From an uncultured Acidobacteriota bacterium (GTDB taxonomy: Bacteria > Acidobacteriota > Vicinamibacteria > Fen-336): DNA of 64,000 nucleotides. Location: assembly GCA_963703985.1 (NCBI GenBank), contig CAVPGH010000002.1, positions 44,191 through 108,190 on the forward strand, given 5' to 3'. Below, in pieces: positions 50,613-64,000 of this stretch. Under the pieces are notes generated by a model. It saw nothing but the letters and a program-made list of their open reading frames with translations, had not been told where the DNA came from and ran no database searches. Within the stretch, counting starts at the first letter, position 1. Every line of letters starts with the position of its first letter. Made by a program: the position numbers and the translations under genes.

Positions 50613-51671
50613 CTACCGCCCCTCGCGGGCGGGCACCCGGGCCAGGGGGAGGCTACGCCCCAGGACGGGGGCGATGATCCGCAGCTCGCCCATGAGGCGT
50701 GTCGAACTGCTCGGGGTAGAGGCTCTGGGCGCCGTCGGAGAGCGCCTTCTCGGGGTTGTTGTGGACCTCGATGAGGAGCCCGTCCGCTCCCGCCGCGATC
50801 GCGGCCCGGGCCATGGGGATCACCTTGTCCCGCCGGCCCGTGCCGTGGCTCGGGTCCACGAGGATCGGGCAGGTGGCTCTGCTTCTTCACCACCGGGATG
50901 GCGGAGATGTCCAGGGTGTTGCGGGTCGCGTTCTCGAAGGTGCGGATGCCCCGCTCGCAGAGGATCACCTGGCTGTTGCCCGCCGGCCAGGATGTACTCG
51001 GCGGAGAGCAGCCACTCCTCGATGGTGGCGGACAGGCCCGCGCTTCAGGAGCACGGGCTTCCGGACCTTGCCCAGCTCCTTGAGCAGGTCGAAGTTCTGC
51101 ATGTTGCGCGCGCCCACCTGCAGGCAGTCCACGTAGCGCAGCATCATCTCGATGGTGCGCAGGTCCATGACCTCGCTGACCACGGCGAGGCCCGTTCTCG
51201 TCGGCGGCCTCGCGCATCCAGCGCAGCGCCTCCTCGCCGTGGCCCTGGAAGGAGTAGGGCGAGGTGCGCGGCTTGAAGGCGCCCCCGCGCAGCACGCGCG
51301 CGCCCGAGGCCGCCACCGCCCGCGCCACGATCGCCCACCTGCTCGCGGCGTCTCCACCGAGCAGGGGCCGGCCATCGCGATCACCTCGGGCCCGCCCACG
51401 AGCACGCCCGCCACGTCCACCACCGTGTCGTCGGCCTTGAAGGTGCGGCCCACGAGCTTGTAGGGCTCGGAGATCTTGACCACCTCGCGCACGCCGGGGA
51501 TCAGCTCGAGCGGCCGGCGGGTCGAGCGGCCGCCGGGGCACGCCCACCGCGCCCAGCACGGTGTGGTTGACGCCGGTGGAGCGGTGGACGTCGTAGCCCA
51601 CCTCCACCAGGGTCTCGATGACCTTCTGGACCTGCTCTTCGGTCGCCGAAATGCTCCATCACGATGACCAT
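50613..51671 (-). CDS. aroF: DAHP synthase type I-beta with N-terminal regulatory domain (frameshifts)
   Basis: [62 protein letters not shown]. Confidence 0.92.
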
Positions 51672-51679
51672 GGCTCGAC

Positions 51680-53219
<1,540 letters not shown>

Positions 53220-54419
53220 TCAGGCACGGCCCAGGTCCTTGTCTCCCCGCCCGCTGAGGTTCACGAGCACCGCTCCGCCCGCGCAGCGACGGCCGCCTCG
53301 CCGCAGCAGCCAGGCCAGGGCGTGCGCGGACTCGAGCGCGGGCAGGATGCCCTCGGTCTCGGCCGAGCAGGTGGAAGGCGGCCAGGGCCTCGTCGTCGCC
53401 GACCGACGTCGTAGCGCACGCGCCCCTCGTCGCGCAGCAGCGCGTGCTCGGGCCCGACCGCGGGATAGTCGAGGCCGGCGGAGACGGAGTGGGTGGGCAG
53501 CACGTTGCCCGCCTCGTCCTGGAGGAGGTACGTGCGCGTGCCCTGCAGGACGCCCACGCCCGCGCCTTCGCCCAGGAAGCGGGCCGCGTGGTCGCCCGGC
53601 TCGGCGCGAGCGGCCGCCCGCCTCCACGCCGACCATCCGGACCCGGTCGTCCTCGAGGAACGCGAAGAAGAGGCCGATCGCGTTCGAGCCGCCGCCCACG
53701 CAGGCCACGAGCACGTCGGGGAGCGGCGCCCTCCTGGCCCGAGGAACTGCGCGCGCGCCTCCTCGCCGATCACGGACTGGAAGTCGCGGACCATCATCGG
53801 GTAGGGATGCGCGCCCAGCACGGAGCCCAGGAGGTAGTGGGTGGTGCGCACGTTCGTGACCCAGTCGCGCATCGCCTCGTTGATCGCGTCCTTGAGCGTG
53901 CGGGAGCCGGAGTCGACACCGCGCACCTCGGCCCCCAGCAGGCGCATGCGGCGCACGTTCGGGGCCTGGCGGGCCATGTCCTCGGTGCCCATGTAGACCA
54001 CGCACTCGAGGCCCAGGAGCGCGCAGACGGTGGCGCGTGGCGACGCCGTGCTGGCCCGCGCCCGGTCTCCGCCACCACGCGCTGTCTTGCCCATGCGCTT
54101 GACGAGCAGCGCCTGGCCGAGCGCGTTGTTGATCTTGTGGGCGCCGGTGTGGCACAGGTCCTCGCGCTTCAGGTAGACGCGGCAGCCGAGCCGCTCGGAG
54201 AGGCGGGCGGCGAGGCTCAGCGGGCGTGGGGCGGCCCACGTAGTCGCGGAGCAGCGCGGTCAGCTCCTGCCGGAAGGCGGGATCGCGCCGCGCCTCCGCG
54301 TAGGCCGCCTCCAGCTCGCGCAGCGGCTCCATGAGCGTCTCGGGCACGAAGCGCCCGCCGTAGGGACCGAAGTGGCCAGCCGCGTCCGGCCAGACGCCGA
54401 GGTGGCGGACCGCGCTCAC
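53220..54419 (-). CDS. trpB: Tryptophan synthase beta (frameshifts)
   Basis: [66 protein letters not shown]. Confidence 0.96.
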   Translation of the reverse strand: MSAVRHLGVWPDAAGHFGPYGGRFVPETLMEPLRELEAAYAEARRDPAFRQELTALLRDYVGRPTPAEPRRPPLRAARLPRLPEARGPVPHRRPQDQQRARPGAARQAHGQDSAWWRRPGAGQHGVATRHRLRAPGPRVRGLHGHRGHGPPGPERAPHAPAGGRGARCRLRLPHAQGRDQRGDARLGHERAHHPLPPGLRAGRASLPDDGPRLPVRDRRGGARAVPRARRAPLPDVLVACVGGGSNAIGLFFAFLEDDRVRMVGVEAGGRSRRAGRPRGPLPGRRRGRGRPAGHAHVPPPGRGGQRAAHPLRLRRPRLSRGRARARAAARRGARALRRRSATTRPWPPSTCSAETEGILPALESAHALAWLLRRGGRRCAGGAVLVNLSGRGDKDLGRA

Positions 54420-55047
54420 GACTCGACGCTCCGCACCGCCTCCACGAAGCGCCTGCACCTTCGCCGCGTCCTTCCGGCCGGGCGCGCTCTCGACGCCGCT
54501 CGAGACGTCGACGCCGTCGGGCTGCACCGTCCGGATGCGCCTCCACCACGTTCTCCGGCCGCAGGCCCCCGGCCAGGACCAGGAAGCGCACGCGTGCTCG
54601 CGGACCTCGCGGACCAGCGACCAGTCGAAGGTCTCGCCCGTCCCCCCCGGCGCGCCCGGCGCGGTGGGTGTCGAGGAGGAGGCCGGCGGCCCGCCCCTCG
54701 TAGCGCAGCGCGTCCTGGGGCGCGAAATCGCGTCCCACGCGCACCGCCTTCAGCACCCGCCGCGGCAGGCCGGCGAGCGACCTCCGGGGGCTCGCCGCCG
54801 TGGAGCTGCAGCAGGTCGAGGCGCGCCTCGTCCGCCGTGCGCACGAGCTCCTCGCGCGGGGCGTCCACGAACACTCCCACCCGCACCACGAAGGGAGGGA
54901 GCGCCTCGGCGATCCGCCGCGCGGTCGCCACGTCCACGCGCGCGCGGGCTGCCCGGCCAGAACACGAAGCCCACCGCGTCGGCCCCCGCTTCCGCGGCCG
55001 AGGCCCGCGTCCTCCGGCGACGTGATCCCGCAGACCTTCACGAACAC
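54416..55047 (-). CDS. trpF: Phosphoribosylanthranilate isomerase (frameshifts)
   Basis: [35 protein letters not shown]. Confidence 0.92.
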
Positions 55048-55055
55048 GCGCCTGC

Positions 55056-55852
55056 TCAGGCTCGGCCCGCTCCACGATCAGGGCCCGGAGCGCGTCCCCG
55101 GGGTCGGGGGCGGCCATCAGGTGCTCGCCGACCAGGAACGCGTCGTAGCCGGCGTCGCGCAGCCGGCGCACGTCGTCCCCGTGCCGGATCCCGCTCTCCG
55201 CCACGGCCACCACGTCGTCCGGGATCTGGGGGGCGAGGGCGAGGGCCGTGTCCAGGGACACCTCCAGCGTCTTCAGGTCGCGGTTGTTCACGCCCACGAG
55301 CCGGGCCTCCGCGCCCAGGGCGCGGAGCGAGCTCGCCCCGGTCGTGGACCTCCACCAGGGCCTCCAGCCGCGCCGCGTGCGCCGTCGGCCATGAGGGCCC
55401 GCAGCTCGCGATCGTCGAGGGCGGCCACGATCAGGAGGACGGCGTCGGCCCCCGCCGACCCGCGCCTCCCAGACCTGGTAGGGGTCGACGACGAAGTCCT
55501 TGCGCAGGGTGGGCAGGCAGCGGTGGCGCCCCGAGCCTGCCGGAGGTCGTCGAGGCTGCCGCCGAAGAACTCCTCCTCGGTCAGGACGGACAGCGCCGCC
55601 GCGCCCGCGATCTCGTAGGCCTGCGGCCACCTGACCGGGGTGCAGGTCGTCGCGCAGGAGCCCGCGCGAGGGTGAGCGTCGCTTGAACTCCGCGATGACG
55701 TTCACGCCCGGCCGCGCGAGCGCCTGCGCGAAGGGCCGCCGCGCCGGTCCGCGCGCGGCGAGCACGTGGCCTGCGAGCTGGTCGAGGGGCAGCCGCCGGC
55801 GCTCGGCCACGCGCTCGCGCGTCCGGGCGACGATCTCCTCGAGCACGCTCAC
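55056..55852 (-). CDS. trpC: Indole-3-glycerol phosphate synthase (frameshifts)
   Basis: IAEFKRRSPS, LRKDF, GVNNRDL, VAESGI, FLVGEHLM. Confidence 0.93.
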
Positions 55853-58898
<3,046 letters not shown>

Positions 58899-58902
<4 letters not shown>

Positions 58903-59516
58903 TGGCGCTCCTGCGGCGGCGCAGCACGTCCAGCACGCGCGCCAGCGGAACCCTGCGCTGGTGGAGCGCGACGAGCAGGTGGAAGAGGAGGTCCGCCGAC
59001 TCCTCGGCCAGGCGCTGGTCGCTCTCGCCCTTGGCGGCGAGCACCACCTCCGTGGCTTCCTCGCCGATCTTCTTCAGGACCGCGTCCAGGCCCTTGGCCA
59101 GGAGCTTCGCGGTGTACGAGCCCTTCGGCGGCGTCCTTCGCCCGGGCCGCGATCACGCGCGACAGCTCTTCCAGCATGCCGCCGTCGGACGTCGGTCCGT
59201 CGCCGAAGCAGGTCCGCGCACCCGTTGTGGCAGGCGGGCCCCTCCGGATCGACCACGAACAGCAGAGTGTCGCGGTCGCAGTCGGCGCGCATCTCGACGC
59301 ACGCGGAGGCCGTTCCCGGAGGTCTCGCCCTTCTGCCAGAGGGCCTTCCGGCGGCGACTCCAGAAGTGGGCGACGCCTCGTCTCGAGCGGTCCGCTCGAG
59401 CGCCTCCGCGTTGGCCCAGGCCACCATCAGCACGTCGCCGCTCGCGCGGTCCTGGACGACCACCGGCACGAGCCCGCTCGCGTCGTAGGCGAGTCCTTCG
59501 GGTCAGCGGGGCTCAC
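58899..59516 (-). CDS. hisIE: Bifunctional phosphoribosyl-AMP cyclohydrolase / phosphoribosyl-ATP pyrophosphatase (frameshifts)
   Basis: [46 protein letters not shown]. Confidence 0.92.
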
Positions 59517-60281
59517 GGACGCACCTCCACTCCGCCGACGCAGCAACTCGGCTTTGGCCTCGGGGATCCGCACTTCCCCGAAGTGGAAGATGGACGCGGC
59601 CAGGGCCGCGCTGGCCCGTCCCTCCGTCAGCACCTCGGCCATGTGGGCGACGGTGCCGCAGCCGCCGGAGGCCACGACGGGCACGCTCACCGCCTCCGCG
59701 ACCGCCCGGGTCAGCGCCACGTCGAAGCCGTCCTTGGTCCCGTCGCGGTCCATGCTCGTGAGCAGGATCTCGCCCGCGCCCCGCGCTCCGCCCCTTCCTC
59801 GCGCCCAGGCCACGGCGTCGAGGCCGGCCTGGACGTGCGACCGCCGTGGACGTAGACCTCCCAGCGGCCCCCGCCCTTCGTGCGGGCGTCGATCGCGAGC
59901 ACGACCGCCTGCGACCCGAAGCGGCGCGACAGCTCGACGAGCAGCTCCGGATCGGTCCACCGCGGCCGTGTTCACCGCGACCTTGTCCGCGCCCGCGCGC
60001 AGCAGCGCGTCCGCGTCCTCCACGGTGCGCACGCCCCCGCCGACCGTGAAGGGCAGGAAGACCGTGTCCGCCACCCGCCGCACCATGTCCAGCACGATCG
60101 GGCGGTCGTCCGAGGAGGCGGTGATGTCGAGGAAGACCAGCTCGTCCGCCCCCTCCGCGTCGTATCGAGCCGCGCACTCCACGGGGTCCCCGGCGTCGCG
60201 CAGGGACACGAACTGCACCCCCTTGACCACGCGCCCGCGGTCCACGTCCAGGCAGGGAATGAGGCGCTTGGCGAGTGTCAT
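59513..60281 (-). CDS. hisF: Imidazole glycerol phosphate synthase cyclase subunit (frameshifts)
   Basis: [46 protein letters not shown]. Confidence 0.96.
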
Positions 60282-60282
60282 C

Positions 60283-61030
60283 TCATCTCACTCGCTCGAC
60301 GATGCGCCCAGCTGTCGCGGCCCGACGCGCGTCGTCGAGCGAGACCTTACCCTCGTAAAGGGCCTTTCCCACCACAACCTCGTCGACGCCGACGCTCTCC
60401 AGCGCCGCCAGGCGCACGAGGTCTTCGAGGCTCGAAATTCCACCGGCCGCGGTAACACGAAGCCCACTCACCCGGGCCATCTCCTCGATCGCCGCGAGGT
60501 TCGGCCCCACGAGCGTCCCGTCGCGCACCACGTCCGTGTACTGGATGCGCGGCACTCCCCAGCCCTTCACCCGCACCGCCAGCTCGAGCGCGTCTTCGGT
60601 CGTGATCTCGTTCCAGCCCGCAACCGCAACCTTGCCGCCCTTCGCGTCGAGGGCCACCGCGACCGCCTTCCGGCCAACGCCGTGCCGCCTCCTGCACGAC
60701 CTCGGGACGGGCCACCGCCGCCGTGCCGAAGATCACGCGATCGGCGCCGCGCTCGCGATAGCGCATCGCGGTCTCGAGCTCGCGCAGGCCGCCGCCCACC
60801 TCGACCGGGATGCGCACGGCCGCGATCACCGCCGCCACCACGTCGGACTGCGGCTTGCCCTCGATCGCGGCGTCGAGGTCCACCACGTGCAGCCGCTCCG
60901 CGCCCTCCGCCTCCCAGCGGCGGGCCGCTTCCCGGGGATCGGTGCCGTAGACCGTCTCGTCCTGGACGCGGCCCTGCTTCAGGCGCACCACGCGGCCGCC
61001 GCGGAGGTCGATGGCGGGAACGACGATCAT
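60283..61030 (-). CDS. hisA: ProFAR isomerase (one frameshift)
   Basis: [45 protein letters not shown]. Confidence 0.96.
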
Positions 61031-61653
61031 GCGCTCCTCCGCGCCCCCGCCCGCCCGAGCATCCGGACGAAGTTGGCCACCATGCGCAGTCCCACGGTCT
61101 GGCTCTTCTCGGGATGGAACTGCACGCCGAGGACGCTCCCCCGGCCCACCACGGCCGCGAAGTCGCGCCCGTAGTCGGAGGTCGCGATCGTCACCGCGTC
61201 CGGAGCGTCGCAGTAGTACGAATGGACGAAGTAGACGTAGGCGCCGTCCTCGATCCCGTCGAGGAGCGGGTGCGCCTGCCGCCGACGCAGGCGGTTCCAG
61301 CCCATGTGGGGCACGGGCAAGGCGTCGTCGAAGCGCCGCACGCGCCCGGGCAGGAGACCCAGGCCCGGGTGGCGTCCGTGCTCCTCGCTCTCGTCGAAGA
61401 GGAGCTGCATGCCGATGCAGATCCCCAGCAGGGGCTTGCCCGCTTCGACGGCCTCGCGGATGACGGGCACGAGCCCGCGACGCGTGATCTCCTCCATCGT
61501 GGCCGCGAACGCACCGTCACCGGGCAGCACGAGAGCGTCGGCCGAGCGCAGGACATCGGGATCCCCGGTGAGCGTGACGTCCGCCCCCGCGTGGCGGAAG
61601 GCCTTGGTCACGCTGCCCAGGTTGCCGATGCCGTAGTCGACGATCGCGATCAA
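61027..61653 (-). CDS. hisH: Imidazole glycerol phosphate synthase glutaminase subunit
   Basis: [33 protein letters not shown]; TTG start overlapping the hisB stop. Confidence 0.96.
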   Translation of the reverse strand: MIAIVDYGIGNLGSVTKAFRHAGADVTLTGDPDVLRSADALVLPGDGAFAATMEEITRRGLVPVIREAVEAGKPLLGICIGMQLLFDESEEHGRHPGLGLLPGRVRRFDDALPVPHMGWNRLRRRQAHPLLDGIEDGAYVYFVHSYYCDAPDAVTIATSDYGRDFAAVVGRGSVLGVQFHPEKSQTVGLRMVANFVRMLGRAGARRSA

Positions 61654-62259
61654 AGCTTGCCTTTCGTGCTGGGCACGCCCTTCACGCGCGGGTCCAGGGC
61701 CACCGCCATGGACAGGGCGCGGGCGGTGGCCTTGAACAGCGTCTCCGCGATGTGGTGCGCGTTGCGGCCGCGCAGGGTGTCCAGGTGCAGGTTGAAGCCG
61801 CCCGTGGTCGGCGAGGGCCCAGAAGAAGTCCTCGAACAGCTCGGTGGGCATCGTGCCCACGCTGCTGGGCCTTGAAGACGACGCCGAAGTGCAGCCAGGG
61901 CCGGCCGGAGAGGTCCACCACGCGCCCGGGTCAGGGCCTCGTCGAGCGGGCACGTAGGCGTGGCCGAAGCGCACGATCGCCCTTCTTGTCGCCGAGCGCC
62001 TGCTTCAGGGCCTCGCCCAGGGCGATCCCGACGTCCTCCACGCGTGTGGTGCGCGTCCACGTGGAGGTCGCCCCGGCAGCGCACGTCGAGGTCGAAGCGG
62101 CCGTGGGTGGCGAGCGCCGTGAGCATGTGGTCCAGGAAGCCGATCCCCGTCCTGATCCGCGACCGGCCGGCGCCGTCGAGGATCAGGACGAGGTCGATGT
62201 CCGTCTCGCGCGTCTTGCGATCGCACTGCCGCCCTTCTCACCGCCGCCATCCTCGGCAT
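61650..62259 (-). CDS. hisB: Imidazoleglycerol-phosphate dehydratase (frameshifts)
   Basis: [40 protein letters not shown]. Confidence 0.95.
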
Positions 62260-63363
62260 TACGCCTTCCTCGAAGCGGAGCCGGCGAGGATGGCGGCGGA
62301 CAGGGCCTCCAGCAGCATCGCGTTCTCCGTTTCAGAGCCCACGCTCACCCGCAGGCACCGCTCCAACATCGGATAGGAGGTCACGTCGCGCACCAGCACT
62401 CCCCCCTGATACAAGCGCCTCGAACACCGCCTTCGGGTCCGCCTCCAGCAACTCGACCAGGATGAAGTTGGCCCGCGAGGGATACGCCCGAACCCCCGAG
62501 AGCTGGCTTAGCGACGAGGCGAGCTCCTCCCGGACCGCACCAGACGTTCCACGTTGGCGCAGGAGCTGCGCCTCGTAGGCCTCGAGCGCGGCCATGGCCG
62601 CCGCCTGCGAGAAGAAGTTCAGGTTGTAGGGCAGGCGGGCCTTGTTGACCTCGCGCACGAGCGCGGGGGAGGCGAGGAGGTAGCCGACGCGCAGGCCCGG
62701 CCATGCCCATGGCCTTGGAGAACGTGCGGAGGACGACGAGGTTCGGGCATTGCGGCGAGGAGGGGCACGACCGTCTCCCCCGCGAACTCGTGGTAGGCCT
62801 CGTCGATCACGACGAGGCCGTCGTCTCCGGCACAGAGGCGCTCGACCTCGTCCGAGGCGAGAGCACGCCCCCGGTCGGGTTGTTCGGGGAGCAGACGATG
62901 GTCATTCGGCGTTCGCTCCGACGGGCGCGTCGTCAGAGCCGGCACGTCGTACTCCAGCTCGGGGCCGAGGCCGGACTCGGATGACCTCGCCGCCGAGGAT
63001 GCGGGTCATCAGGGCGTAGAGGGTGAAGGTCGGCTCCGGGATCACCACGCGCGTCCCTGCTCCGACCGTCACCAACAGCAGCGCCTCGATCAGCTCGTTC
63101 GAGCCGTTGCCCGCGAGGATCGCCGTCCGGCGCGCCAGCCCGCGAAGGCGGCCAGCTTCTCGAGCAGCTCCTCGGGATCGAAGTCGGGATAGCGCGACCA
63201 CGGCCGGATGAGCGCCTGCTCCAGCACGCGCCGCTTCAGCGCTTCCGGGCAGGTCGTAGGGGTTCTCGTTCTGGTTGATCTTGACCGGCGCCCGGCGCGC
63301 GGCCAGCGTGTAGGCCGCGACCGCGCGCACCGCGGGCTTGACGTGACGCAGGGGGTCCGCCCC

Positions 63364-63367
<4 letters not shown>
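62259..63367 (-). CDS. hisC: Histidinol-phosphate aminotransferase (frameshifts)
   Basis: NQNENP, RYPD, GNGSNELI, VIDEAY, RTFSKA, LPYNL, SRANF. Confidence 0.93.

Positions 63368-64000
<633 letters not shown>

Overview
Very GC-rich bacterial chromosomal DNA (about 70% or more by eye). It is probably Acidobacteriota, inferred from the PadR + ADOP-type duplicated permease pair. I saw no rRNA, tRNA, CRISPR array, integrase or transposase. Many conserved genes are broken by 1-nt indels in discrete patches (about 0-3 kb, 17-19.4 kb, 29-31.1 kb, 36.3-37.5 kb, 50.7-64 kb), while the stretches between them are clean. This pattern fits long-read consensus error, so I reconstructed genes across frames and their ends are approximate. 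The window holds a minus-strand his-trp-aro superoperon (hisD to DAHP synthase, with a RidA-family gene between trpB and trpA), rho, a CCA-adding enzyme, transporters and several signalling genes. Best candidates for undescribed biology: (1) a 12.6-kb co-directional run bracketed by two ATP-grasp amide ligases, also holding a class-I glutamine amidotransferase, a DUF5674 gene pair, a TPR protein and an atypical Clp ATPase; (2) an exported GH13 protein lacking catalytic residues, coupled to a tandem-PilZ protein; (3) a Fic-fold protein lacking its catalytic His, coupled to the CCA enzyme; (4) a probable Ser/Thr kinase-REC-LytTR fusion with a LytTR-type repeat upstream of a LiaF-like/LytS operon; (5) a perfect 20-bp palindrome with attC-like geometry downstream of rho. 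All family calls come from motif recognition, not database searches.
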